The notes: a model not told the origin generated them from the sequence alone. 64,000 nt of DNA from Pelagomonas calceolata (GCA_918797485.1 CAKKNE010000001.1:4712001-4776000), one strand, 5' to 3'; positions 33,075-44,082 are shown, counted from the stretch's first letter. Translations and numbers: made by a program.

Positions 33075-34166
33075 CTACTCCGAAGACGAAGCCGGCCCGT
33101 CCACCGCCGAGAACGCCTCCAGCACCGCCTTGTGCGACACGGCGAGGTCCGCGAGCTCGGGAAAGCCGCAAGCGGACAACGCGGATCGCCAGACGCTCGT
33201 CCCGGAGTCGTCGTCGACGGGCTCCAGGGCCACCGTATGCGGCGCTCTAGCTCGAAACCACACGCCGCGCGCGAGCTCGTTCTCGAGTTGCGCCGTGGAC
33301 CACCCGCAGTAGCCGCAGAAAATGCGCGACTTGCCTTCCAGCGCGGTCACATCGTCGGTGAACCACTTGGGCTTTTCAGAAAGGCTGTCGTCGGCGACGT
33401 CCGAGACGCCCGTCAGCGTCCGGCTACTGACGTCGCCGCCCACAAACAGCTCGGACGCCAGGAGCTCGTTATCCAGCGCGGCCATGCCGTGCTCCGTCGC
33501 CGCGTCGGCGAGCGTCACGCCGGACCGCTTGTTGACGACGAGGCCCATGACGAAGCCCCCCTCGCGCCCGAGCACCGGCGGGTCCCCCGACGCCTCAAAC
33601 GAATCGTCGTCCGCAGGCGCCTCTTCCGCCGCCACGAGCAATATAACCGCACCGTGCAACGTGGGCTGGGACAGGCACGACATCGGATGAGCGACCAGGA
33701 CGTCGCCCACACTAACCGGCGACGCGTCGTCGAGTTTCAGCGGCAATTCTGCCGGATTACGGGCCCGAAGGCCGCCGCGGCGGCTGTTCATCGCGCCCGC
33801 GAGCGCCGCCACACGCCCCAGGCGCCGGAGGGCCGCCATGCCGAGTTCTGCGCCGTCAAAACTATCTGATTCGAACTCCCGCGCCGCGCGCGTTAAAGCG
33901 GCCGTGAGGGCTTCGCCCCGCCCCGGCACGTAGAACTCGCTGCCGCCGTTCGCCTCTCGCACCAGATGGTCTACCGCGTCGTCGGCCGCGCGCGCCGCGT
34001 CGTCGGCGTCTCTTTCAACTGGTTCCATGTCGACGACCATGCGTGCCTGCCGGTCGTAGTAATTCGCCGGCAGCGCTGTGAGTGCGCCTCGTCGCGCCGC
34101 CGACGCGTCGAGGTGCTGTGCTAATCGGCGCACGGAGCGGTACAACGTGCGCTCGAGAGCTTGCAT
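33075..34166 (-). CDS. YqgE/AlgH (DUF179) family protein
   Basis: AVILL, GLVVNK, FVGGDV, RIFCGYCGWSTAQLENEL. Confidence 0.82.
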   Translation of the reverse strand: MQALERTLYRSVRRLAQHLDASAARRGALTALPANYYDRQARMVVDMEPVERDADDAARAADDAVDHLVREANGGSEFYVPGRGEALTAALTRAAREFESDSFDGAELGMAALRRLGRVAALAGAMNSRRGGLRARNPAELPLKLDDASPVSVGDVLVAHPMSCLSQPTLHGAVILLVAAEEAPADDDSFEASGDPPVLGREGGFVMGLVVNKRSGVTLADAATEHGMAALDNELLASELFVGGDVSSRTLTGVSDVADDSLSEKPKWFTDDVTALEGKSRIFCGYCGWSTAQLENELARGVWFRARAPHTVALEPVDDDSGTSVWRSALSACGFPELADLAVSHKAVLEAFSAVDGPASSSE

Positions 34167-34616
34167 TTTTTGTGGTTTATATATGGCGCGCGTCGATGGC
34201 ACGAATGGCGCGCACGGGTGATTGCTGATTGCTGTCTTGGTGCAGCACTTAGTGCAGGACTCTATGCGAGCGGCGGAGCGCACGTACGTCTGCAAAGAAC
34301 GCTGTCGCTGGCACGTGGCTTGCGTCGGCCGCTTTTGCGCACCGTGACGCTGCGACAATCGATCGTTTTGGCTTAAGTTTGCCCAAGCTGGGCTTGTCCC
34401 TAGTATGTCACATCTAGATCCACAGCCAGCCCACAGGCACAGCGCCAGGGACTCCTCACGCAACGCTGCCACGCGCCCGAACAAAGGTTTTGAAATAACA
34501 TTTCGCCTTACCGCCCACAGCCGGAGCACAATAAGCCGCCGCCCCGAGTTTCAGCCAGAGGCACTGGGGCTGCCCACAACAGCTTCCGAGGGCGCCCACG
34601 CCGTCGAAGCGCAAAC

Positions 34617-35980
34617 ATGGGTCGCGGCGCCGCCAAGCTCGAGAACCCCTGGGCCGCCCCGGCGCCGGCGCCGACCCTCGTCGACGACGCCGTGGTAAAG
34701 GAGGCCGAGCCGGAGTTTCGCCGCGTCAACCTCTCCTGCAAGTGGCGCGACCGAGTGATCGAGCTGCCGGGCCTCGACGAGAGCCTGACGGTGGAGGATG
34801 TGAAGATCATCATCGAGGAAGAAACGAGCGTGCCCGCGGAGCGCGTCAAGTTGGTGGGACTGAAGGCGCGCGTCGGGCGCGTCAACGACGACATGAGGCT
34901 GGCCGACTTAGTGCTCAAATTACCCACGCAGAAAGTGATTGTCATGGGCACGCCCGACGAGGAGCTGCTCAAGGAGCCGTCGTCGCCGGTGGAGATCTTT
35001 GATGACCTGAGCGATCGGCCCATACAAATCACGAAGTACACGGCCTGGGAGTGGGCGCGGTGCTCGCGCGGCGAGCTCGACGGCTTCAACGAGGACTCGG
35101 GCAAGCCCTGGAAGTGCGTTTTTGTCGATACGTTTTGCAAGGACGGTCCTCCCGATCCGTCGAAGTGGGCCTTCCAATTGGACTGCAACGCGTGGGTCCA
35201 CGACCAGCACCACCGGGAGCGGCAGCTCTACACGGACAAGGAGAACGCTCATGTGAAGGACGGGGTTTTGCACATAGAAGCTAGACGGGACCAACCGACG
35301 CCGGACCTGCCGTACTCTTCTGCTAGGTTGACGACGCGCGACGCGGCGCACGGCCGCTGGCGGTACGGGCGCGTCGAGGTCTGCGCGAAGCTCCCGCCCG
35401 TTTTTTCCCCGTGTGAAACTCTACCCCACCAGCACGCCATCGACGCGACCTGTATCCGCGCAGGGCAAGCCCGGCTTGTGGCCCGCCATCTGGATGATGC
35501 CGTCCCGTTCCGTGCGGTGCGTAAACCATGCCCTCCACGCCATCGACGCGACGTCAGCTCGATTCGCGCGCAGGTTCCGTCTACGGCAAGTGGCCGCTCT
35601 CGGGCGAGATCGACTTGATGGAGAACGTCGGCTGGGAGCCCGGCGTCGTGCGGGCCTCGATCCACACGGCCCGGAACCATCGGCGACGGGGCAACCACAA
35701 CCGGCGCGTGAGCGGCGTCAAGGACGCGCACACCGCGTTCCACGTCTACGCGTGCGACTGGACGCCGGACCGCGTCGAGTTTTTTGTGGACGACCGCAAG
35801 TTCTACTCGTACAAGAACGAGGGCCGCGGCGCGGAGCAGTGGCCCTTCGACCAGGACTTTCATTTGATCCTGAACGTGGCGGTCGGCGGCGCGTGGGCGG
35901 CGCGGCGCGGTATTGATGATTCTGCGTTTCCCTGCGCGATGGAGGTCGCGTTCGTCAAGGTGTTCCAGCGGAGGGGTTGA
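34617..35980 (+). CDS. ubiquitin-like domain plus GH16 beta-glucanase, 3 exons (34617-35399, 35464-35506, 35574-35980)
   Basis: Spliced product reads KLPP-GKPGLWPAIWMMPSRSVYGKWPLSGEIDLME (GH16 ExDxxE); N-terminal UBL TSVPAERVKLVGL. Confidence 0.88.
35400..35463 (+). other. GT-AG intron (64 nt) with CACGCCATCGACGCGAC core
   Basis: Restores the GH16 frame; acceptor ccgcgcag. Confidence 0.85.
35507..35580 (+). mobile_element. degenerate introner; intron 35507-35573 with 7-bp direct repeat GTTCCGT
   Basis: Direct repeat 35507-35513 / 35574-35580; core ctccacgccatcgacgcgacg; restores frame. Confidence 0.75.
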
Positions 35981-36057
35981 CCCTGTGCCCTGGCATTGTT
36001 TGTGTAATCTATGTACCTCTGACAAAGAACATTTACAAATCACTATCTATGTTGAGC

Positions 36058-36127
36058 CGCGGCGATGGCGTGCTGCTGGGGCAGAGGCGCTCGGACGACT
36101 ACGACGCCACTCCACGCCATCGCCGCG
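36058..36127. repeat. 15-bp perfect inverted repeat of the introner core motif
   Basis: cgcggcgatggcgtg (36058-36072) / cacgccatcgccgcg (36113-36127). Confidence 0.85.
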
Positions 36128-36135
36128 ATGCGCAG

Positions 36136-36630
36136 CTATTTCACGAACAGCGCGACGAACCAGAAGCCATGCCACTCCTTGAACGCCCCGTGGATCGCGT
36201 TATAGGTCACGGGGCGCCCGTGCCAGCGGTCCTCGTGGCGAGTGACCTTTCGCGTCTCGACGTCGAGGTCGAGGACAATGGTCGAAGGCAGCGAAAACCG
36301 GACGAGCGGTAGCGCGCGGAGCGCGTAGGTCGCACGCTGATCGAGTCGCGCCTGCGCCGGCAGGGTAGGCACCGCATCCTCGCTGAACACAAGACCGCCC
36401 GCCGCCGGCGGGTGCAAACTCCACTCGTCGTCGGTGGGCTCGACGTCAACATCACACAGCCAATGGATGAGCTCGAAGCCCCGGACGATGCCCTTCGGCG
36501 TGCGGATCGTGCCGCACGGGTCGTCGAACACCGCGTCGGTTGCGTACACTGCCCGCAAGGCGTCGGCGTCGAATTGGCCGCGGTGCGCCTGTTGGATGGT
36601 GTCGCAGAGGGGCGCGGCCCACGACTGCAT
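36136..36630 (-). CDS. SnoaL/NTF2-like protein
   Basis: YATDAVFDDP...KVTRHEDRW. Confidence 0.75.
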   Translation of the reverse strand: MQSWAAPLCDTIQQAHRGQFDADALRAVYATDAVFDDPCGTIRTPKGIVRGFELIHWLCDVDVEPTDDEWSLHPPAAGGLVFSEDAVPTLPAQARLDQRATYALRALPLVRFSLPSTIVLDLDVETRKVTRHEDRWHGRPVTYNAIHGAFKEWHGFWFVALFVK

Positions 36631-37377
36631 CGATGACTGGTGCCGCACGCGTCGCGTCGACTGTGGCCGAGCACATGCTCTCCCTGTGGCTTTTGTTCTG
36701 CGGGCTACCAGACGCAGCATGGCTCTAACTATCAGTCGCAATCACTCGCAATCAGGTAAGTGCTCATTAAGCTGCGCTTGCCACAGGCGTAACCCCAAAT
36801 ATTATGGCCCACGCTGGTTTGCCACTCAGCCTTGCCAAGGTGTGCGTTTGCTGCCCTCAGTCGGCCTCGGCACCCTGGTTTTCCTTCTCTGACTGACTTT
36901 TGGACCTTCTGAGGCTTACGTACGGAATGGAGGGGTCCCTGATTTTCGTAATTTTGTGCGGGGTAAAAAACACCTGCTAGTTGTCCTCATCGCGACCTTG
37001 GTAAAGAGCCGCTGATCGCGCGTATACGCCACCGACAGGCATAATCTAGTGGCTTTTTGCTGCCAAGGTGAAAAACCAGCGTCGCGCAGTGATTGTGAGC
37101 CGGTTTTTACTGAGCACCGATTGAGATCAAAAGAGACTGTCTTAACTCGCCAGACACCGAAAGCGGCACGCCGACGCTGCGTGGGCCTCACGAGGCCTCC
37201 AGACAGTGGCGCGGCACCGAGCGAGACGACGAGAAGCGACTTTGAGAAAATTTGGGACGAACGAGCGCGTCTCGAGATTCTCTGAGAGCAGGAAAGAGCA
37301 CCGCGGCGCTACGCGGGGCTACGCGCGACCGCCTCGCGCTGCGGTTCATGGACGAACGCGCCGCCCGCAGGCTCACG

Positions 37378-38874
37378 ATGGCGAAGGTCCCCGTCACGGT
37401 CCTGACCGGCTTCCTCGGGAGCGGGAAAACGACCCTACTCAACCACATCCTCACGAAGCAGCATGGGAAAAGGATTGCGGTCATCGAGAACGAGTTCGGC
37501 GAGCGCGTCGCGGCGTCCCAGGGAATTTGTTGATTCTTCACTTGCAACCTTAGACGCGCCATCGCCGCGGCGTCGTCTCGATGCCTGATCCGCGCAGGGT
37601 CGGCATCGACGACGCCTTGCTCGCGAACAACATCAAGAACCAGGTCGAGGGCGAAGAGCTCTTCGAGATGATGAACGGCTGCATCTGCTGCACGGTCCGA
37701 GCTGACTTAGCGGTGGTGCTCAAGAAGCTGAAGAAGACGCACGAGTCCGGGAAACCGATCGAAGCCATTGTCATCGAGACGACGGGCATGGCCGACCCGG
37801 CGCCGGTCGCGCAGACGTTTTTTGTGGATGACGAGATCGCGTCGTTCTGCCAGTTGGATGGGATCGTTACCTTGGTCGATGCGAAGCACATCGTGCAGCA
37901 CTTAGATGAAGAGAAACCAGAAGGTGCTGAAAATGAAAGTGTAGAGCAGGTGGCCTTCGCTGATAGACTCATCCTGAACAAGTGCGACCTGGTACCCAAG
38001 GAGGAAGATTTGAAGGCAGTCGAGACGCGCCTCCGCTCGATCAACAAGTTCGCGCCGATCGTGCGTTCCACGAAGTCCGAGGTCTCCCCGGACCAGGTCC
38101 TAGGTATCGGCGCCTTCGACCTCAAGCGCACGCTCGAGATGGACCCCGAATTCTTAGATACGGAGGGCGAGCACGAGCACGACAACACCGTGTCGAGCAT
38201 TGGCATCAACATCGAGGGCGACGTCGACTTAGGGTTATTTAGTGGATGGCTCGAAGTGTTGTTGAGGGACAAGGGCGCGGATCTGTTCAGAATCAAAGGA
38301 GTGTTAGCGGTGAAAGGGGTCCCGGACAAGTACGTCTACCACGCGGTCCGTGGCTCGGAGTTGTGAACGAACTTGAACTTGACGCGGTCGCGGCGATGGC
38401 GTCTTCATGAGACCACGCCGCCTCGACGCCGTCGATGCGGCCTCGTGAATGTACGGAGGCAGTTTCGCGACGGCGTCGTTCCACGCACAGGTGCACATGA
38501 TCTACGAGGGCCGCTTCACGGAGCAGTGGGGCCAGAACGAGGCGAGGACCTGCAAGCTCACCTTCATCGGCAAGAACCTGGACCACGACGGGTTGCGGTC
38601 CGGATTCGAAGATTGCTTAGCTAATGAAGCGAACTACGACAAGCTCAAGAAGTCCTTCCGCTTCACGATCGGCGACGCGGTGGAGTGCAACACGGGCGAC
38701 GGCTGGGTCCGCGGCACGGTCGTGGATCTGCTTTATAGGGAGGAGGGCATGCACCCGTCGTTCCTCGCGCCGTACCAGGTGAAGTTGGACGACGGCGGCC
38801 TGATCTACTGCCCGGCGGACCAGGACACGTGCGTGCGCCGCGCCGTCGCCGTGACGGGGCGCAAGGCGCTCTGA
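37378..38874 (+). CDS. COG0523/CobW zinc metallochaperone GTPase, 3 exons (37378-37502, 37598-38345, 38491-38874)
   Basis: [41 protein letters not shown] intron 37503-37597 and GT-AG intron 38346-38490 restore the frame. Confidence 0.93.
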
Positions 38875-38938
38875 GCCCTTTCCCACTTCCCTTCGACGCG
38901 CACGCGGCGCGCCGGCCCTAAGACTTTGTTTACCATGG
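38778..38938. repeat. inverted repeat, left arm (161 bp)
   Basis: Ungapped reverse complement of 43321-43481, 147/161 identical by manual count. Confidence 0.92.
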
Positions 38939-39147
38939 GTGCCGCGTCGGCCCGCGTGCTTTCTGGGGACTCCCTGCCGCGGTCTTGGGACTCGGTGCTC
39001 GGACTGGCGCCATGGCGGCGGTTTTTTTCGTGCGGGGTGCCGCTCTCGATTAACGACGCTCTCCGGGGTTTTTGAAGCGGGCCACGCGCCGCCTGTACAA
39101 AAAAAGCTGCCCGCGAGATCGTTGGGCAGCAACCACAAGGCAGCACC

Positions 39148-42100
39148 ATGGGCGCGACCGCCAGCGTGCAGCTCTGGACATGGCAGAAGCTCGCCGAGCA
39201 TGCGGAGGCGGCAAGGCAGCCGCCCGTGGTCCTGGACGCCATCCGCAAGCACAAGCTCGATGCCGCGACGGCGCTCGAGATGGGGGAGGAGGACGTGGCG
39301 CGGCTCAAGCCGAAACTCGAGCAGCTCGACCGGCTCAAGGTGCTGGCGGCCCTCGGGAAGATAAAGTCCTTCACGCACGACGCCGACAGGGCGCGCGCAA
39401 AACTCGCCGGGCTGGCCGTGGACGAGTTCGGGGGGATCCGGCCCATGTTCGAGCGGCTGGACCGCCGGGACGCGCGGAACCTGTCGCTCGCCGAGTTCTC
39501 GCGGGGCCTCAAAAAACATGAGCTCCACGGCCGGTTCCCGTACGAAGAGCAGCAGATGGTCTTCAGGGCCATCCACGCCGACGCGACAGAGATGATGTTC
39601 TTTTCGCAAATCGTCGTCGTGGAGGATCTCATAGCCTGGCTCGAACAGCGCGACCCGAGGTACGCCTACGTGCCCGCCGACTACGTCGAGCCGCCCGAGC
39701 TCCAGACCGTGACGGCGGAGGCGCCGCGCATCGACGCCGATACGATCTCGCGCGTCCAGAAGCCGCTCGGCGAGGGCAGCTTCGGCACCGTCGTGAGCGC
39801 GACGACCTGGAAGCAGTCGTGGCGTAAAAAGAAGCAGAAGGTCGCGCTCAAGAGCGCCACCGGGGCCGGTCTAGGAACGGACGTCGCCCCCGCCGAGCTG
39901 TTTGCCCTGCAGGAGCGGCCGAACCCGTTTGTCTTGCAAGTGCATGGCGTGACATCAATAGATGGCTTACCCAATGTGCTGATGGAGCTGGGCATGTGCT
40001 CGCTGGCGGACGCGATGCAAACGGGTCTCGGGCGGGACCGCCGCGAGGCGGTGCGCGCGGCGCGCGATATAGCACTCGGGCTCGAATTCATGCACAAGAA
40101 GGGCGTATCTCACCTGGCCCTGCACCCGAAAAACGTCCTCCTGGCCCGGAAATCAACGCAGGCGAGCGCCAACGCGTCCCGCGTGTTCCAGCACGCGCGG
40201 AGCGATTCCACCGAGTCCTGGCCGCACGACGTCGTTCACTGCAAGCTCACGGACCAAAAGGACGTATCTGTGGCCGCGCGGCGCGCGGCTGAGGGCTCGC
40301 ACTACTCCGCCCCCGAGCTGCTGAGCGACCACGCGGGAGTGCACTACTCGTCGTTCGACGTTGCCCTGGAGAAGCGGTGCGACGTGTGGTCCTACGGCGC
40401 CGTGCTGGCAGAGCTGCTGACGGGTGAAGCCCCCTGGGCTGAACTTTCCAAAGATGCGCTCGTCGCCGCAAATATGGCAGGCGCACCGCCGCCGCCGATC
40501 CCCGAGTATCTCGCCGATTATCTCGCCGGCGGAGAAGAAAAAGAACGCGTCGAGGCCCGCGTCGCCGCGCCGGAGCTCCTGGAGCTGGTCACGGACTGCC
40601 TGACCGTCGACCCGGCCGCGCGGCCGCGATTCGAGGACGATGTCGTGGAGCGCCTGGACCTGCTGCTCCTCAAGGCGGCCGTCGAGCATCGCGAGGCCGG
40701 CGCGGATCTACGGACTGCGGTGACGCACCTCGCGCAGCTCGCCAAGATCGAGAAACTGATCGAAGACGAGAAACAGAAGGACGCCGACGCCTACAAGCGG
40801 GCCTGGGAGGACTGCAAGCGCGACGCCGAGGAGGGGGAAGTCGACTACCTCAACCTGGCCTGCGCCGAGCTCCAGGAGGCGTTTTCGCCGGAAGTCGTGC
40901 GCCAGCCGGTAGCTTGTAGCGCCCGGGAGCTCGTCGCGAGGGCCTCGGACGTGAGCGACGCCTTCCACGCGACGCTGCGACCGGTCGTCGAGGAGGCCGG
41001 CGGCACGTATAAGGAGGGGCCCCTCAAGCTGGAGGAGCGGGTCCGCGACAAGGCCCGCAGCGATGACTACAAGGGCGACGTGGCGCGGGTCGTGGACGTG
41101 GTGCGCGCGACGGGCGTCTTCGAGAAAATCCCGAGCTTCAAAGAGGCCATCGCGGCGCTGCGCGCGCGCGACGACGGCGGCGACCTCCGGATCCGCAGAG
41201 CGAAGGACCGCATCAACAACCCCAAAGCGGGCTACATGGACATGCTCATCAACGTGGAGATCGATAATCATGTGGGCGAGCTGCAGCTCTCGTTCAAAAA
41301 GCTGCTCGACATCAAGCCCTCGGCGCACCGGATCTATAATCTTACGCGGACGCTCGGTGGCGAGGGGCGGATCCTGGACGAGCTCGGCCTCAGCACGCCG
41401 CCGAAGATTACGCTGCACGAGGCGTGCGAAAGCGGAGACACCGAAGTCGTGCAGAAGTGGCTGGACCGCGGCGCCGACCCCGACCGGATCTATATAAGAC
41501 AGGGCATGGAAAGCCAGAAGACGGCGGAACAACAGAAGGAAACAGCCATGAAACAACTGTCCAACTCTCAACTGAATTATGGGTTTAGGAGGTGGTTGAT
41601 CGGCCTCCGAGGCCGGCTCGTAGGCAGACCGCCGCTCGTTGTCGCGTGCCGGCACGGCCACATCGACGCGGCGCGGTTATTGCTGGACAACGGCGCGGAC
41701 GTTAATCTGGCGAATAAGTGGGGTGTGACGCCGCTGTACGCCGCCTGCTTAAAGGGCTACGTCGACACGGCGCGGCTGTTGCTGGAGCGCGGTGCGGACA
41801 TCAACCGACCGCAAGAGAACGGCTGCACGGTGCTATACGGTGTATGCGAGGACGGGATATTTGACGAGGCGCTTCTGGTCTTTCTGCTGAATAGTGGGGC
41901 GAATACCAACCAGGCTGCGGAGGGGGGCTGGACGCCGCTGCACATCGCATGCTTTGAGGGCCGGGTCGACGCGGCGCGGTGGTTGCTGGAATACGGCGCG
42001 GACGTAAATCGGGTGTTGGAGGACGGCGGGACGGCGCTGCACATCGCCTGTCAGGAGGGCCACGTCGACATGGCGCGGCTATTGCTGGACAACGGCGCGG

Positions 42101-43290
42101 AGGTCAACAATCGGGCGATGGAGGACGGTGCGACGCCGCTGTGCATCGCCTGTCAGGAGGGCCACGTCGACACTGCGCGGATGTTGCTGGACAAAGGGGC
42201 GGACGTCGATCAGGCGAGAGATGACGGTTCGACGCCAATGTCCATCGCAAAACAAGAGGGCCACTCGGCCGTCGTCTCGCTGCTGGAGGACCACATGTAT
42301 CCGCTACACGCCGCGGCCAAAAACGGAGACGTCGCCGCGCTGACGCGGCTCCTAGACGGGAATGTGCCCACGGAATCGGCGGGCGGGGAGTCGTCGCAGG
42401 AAGAATCATACGACGCTGACCAGGATGACTGCCGCCTGAAAATCGATGATAGCTTCTCTACGCCGAGTGACGATTTCGTCACTGTGGCAAGGCTGAAGGT
42501 CCCCGCAGGGCACGAGGCGAGCTGCGCGAACATGTCCGGGCTCTGGACCAACCTATTCTTCGGAGATCGGAAGGGGAGACTACGTTTGACGTTGTTCAGG
42601 GGCGAGGAGGAAGTCGCCTCTTCTGAACTGTCTGACGGGCCGCACGAGAATAGCGTCTTGAGACTCGAGCTCGAAAATATCTCCGCGGTCGCCGGCGACG
42701 CGGTTGCCGTGCAGACCATCGTGGGCGGCGGTGCTTCCGGCAACGTGGGCGGCGAGATTTCGATTAATGCTACCTTGCTTTTGGACGCTGTCCCAGTTAA
42801 GGAGAGCCGTCCGGGACGGCAACTGGAGATCGACGCGCTTAGGAACGATAACACTCCGCTCATGCTTGCGTGCGAGAACGGCCACATCGACGCGGCGCGG
42901 GTGTTGCTGGACAAAGGCGCCAACATCAGTTTTGCGGACGGGAAGGGTCGGACACCGTTAACTGCCGCGTGCTGGGGCGAGGACGCAGATATGCGGCCCC
43001 ACGTCGACGTGGCGCGGCTATTGTTGGAGCGGGGCGCGGATGTCAATCATGCCGAGAACGACGGCACGACAGCGCTCTACCTCGCCTGTCAGAACGGCCA
43101 CGTCGACATGGTGCGTCTATTGCTGGAGCATGGAGCCGCATTTGACCGGGCAGGCATGAGCGGCACGACGCCATTGTCCATCGCAAAGAGACATGGCCAC
43201 TTGGCCGTCGTCGAGCTGATCGAGGACCGCATGCCGAAGACGGACGACGCCGCGCCTTCGGGCGCCATGATGGTCATGGCGCCACCCTGA
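39148..43290 (+). CDS. SAM-like/EF-hand/pseudokinase/RelA-SpoT-like/ankyrin multidomain protein
   Basis: EF-hand-like DRRDARNLSLAEF; LGEGSFG, VALK, YSAPE, DVWSYG; GPLK..ERVRDK, DVVR, GYMD, ELQL; many TPL..AC..GH repeats. Confidence 0.85.
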   Translation: MGATASVQLWTWQKLAEHAEAARQPPVVLDAIRKHKLDAATALEMGEEDVARLKPKLEQLDRLKVLAALGKIKSFTHDADRARAKLAGLAVDEFGGIRPMFERLDRRDARNLSLAEFSRGLKKHELHGRFPYEEQQMVFRAIHADATEMMFFSQIVVVEDLIAWLEQRDPRYAYVPADYVEPPELQTVTAEAPRIDADTISRVQKPLGEGSFGTVVSATTWKQSWRKKKQKVALKSATGAGLGTDVAPAELFALQERPNPFVLQVHGVTSIDGLPNVLMELGMCSLADAMQTGLGRDRREAVRAARDIALGLEFMHKKGVSHLALHPKNVLLARKSTQASANASRVFQHARSDSTESWPHDVVHCKLTDQKDVSVAARRAAEGSHYSAPELLSDHAGVHYSSFDVALEKRCDVWSYGAVLAELLTGEAPWAELSKDALVAANMAGAPPPPIPEYLADYLAGGEEKERVEARVAAPELLELVTDCLTVDPAARPRFEDDVVERLDLLLLKAAVEHREAGADLRTAVTHLAQLAKIEKLIEDEKQKDADAYKRAWEDCKRDAEEGEVDYLNLACAELQEAFSPEVVRQPVACSARELVARASDVSDAFHATLRPVVEEAGGTYKEGPLKLEERVRDKARSDDYKGDVARVVDVVRATGVFEKIPSFKEAIAALRARDDGGDLRIRRAKDRINNPKAGYMDMLINVEIDNHVGELQLSFKKLLDIKPSAHRIYNLTRTLGGEGRILDELGLSTPPKITLHEACESGDTEVVQKWLDRGADPDRIYIRQGMESQKTAEQQKETAMKQLSNSQLNYGFRRWLIGLRGRLVGRPPLVVACRHGHIDAARLLLDNGADVNLANKWGVTPLYAACLKGYVDTARLLLERGADINRPQENGCTVLYGVCEDGIFDEALLVFLLNSGANTNQAAEGGWTPLHIACFEGRVDAARWLLEYGADVNRVLEDGGTALHIACQEGHVDMARLLLDNGAEVNNRAMEDGATPLCIACQEGHVDTARMLLDKGADVDQARDDGSTPMSIAKQEGHSAVVSLLEDHMYPLHAAAKNGDVAALTRLLDGNVPTESAGGESSQEESYDADQDDCRLKIDDSFSTPSDDFVTVARLKVPAGHEASCANMSGLWTNLFFGDRKGRLRLTLFRGEEEVASSELSDGPHENSVLRLELENISAVAGDAVAVQTIVGGGASGNVGGEISINATLLLDAVPVKESRPGRQLEIDALRNDNTPLMLACENGHIDAARVLLDKGANISFADGKGRTPLTAACWGEDADMRPHVDVARLLLERGADVNHAENDGTTALYLACQNGHVDMVRLLLEHGAAFDRAGMSGTTPLSIAKRHGHLAVVELIEDRMPKTDDAAPSGAMMVMAPP

Positions 43291-43320
43291 GGGGTCGACT
43301 AAGAATCTGTGCGTAGAAGA

Positions 43321-43481
43321 CCATGGTAAACAAAGTCTTAGGGCCGGCGCGCCGCGTGCGCGTCGAAGGGAAGTGGGAAAGGGGTCAGAGCGCCGGCCGC
43401 GCCGTCACGGCGACGGCGCGCCGGACGCATATGCCCTGGTCCGCGGAGCAGTAGATCAGGCCGCCGTCGTCGAGCTTCACC
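43321..43481 (-). repeat. inverted repeat, right arm; copy of the CobW 3' end
   Basis: Minus strand encodes [31 protein letters not shown] plus the 3' UTR. Confidence 0.92.
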
Positions 43482-44082
43482 GGCGGTGGCACTCGTGGCC
43501 TTGACGTAGAGCTTTTTGAGGCGGTCCGGCGACGCCGGTGATGGCGCGCGGCCCGGTTATCTGCGGGGTTTCATCTGCGCGAGCAGACCGCCGTCGAGTC
43601 GGCCGCGGCGATGCAGCGCCTACCCGGCGACGGGCGTCGCGCATAGTCTACGTGACGCGGCGACTCAGCGGTCGCAACGTTTGTCGGCGCACCGCCCCAA
43701 AACACGGTCTACCAGCGCCTCGCCGGAGCAGCTTATCCACGCCGGCTCCGAGGCGTGGGGAATGAGCGGAGGCCGGCGATGGCGTCGTGGGGTCCCACCA
43801 TAGGAAGGAGATGTCGACGCAGTCCCAGCTAGACGTACGCGCGGACCACGGAGCCCTCCTCTGGGTTTGGCTATGGAGCTGGCGACAGTGTGCTCCACGT
43901 GTCGTGGCGGGCCGCGTTCCTCTGGGGTAACCACTCTTTAAGTAGTAGGTAGTAGCGATCCCGATTCGGCCCAACGTCTATCGGCGGCCTCTGGATCGCT
44001 CAGACGGTCGACGGAGAGAGGCGCGTAGTCGACAACAATACCTAGTGTCTTTAACATGCCGCTAGCTGCCAAAAATTAGCAT

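Noticed and set aside
41630..42300. CRISPR-like or satellite array
   Set aside because: These are ~99-bp coding ankyrin repeats.
38778..43481. Classical DNA transposon with 161-bp TIRs
   Set aside because: The left arm is CobW coding sequence; no transposase or TSD was seen.
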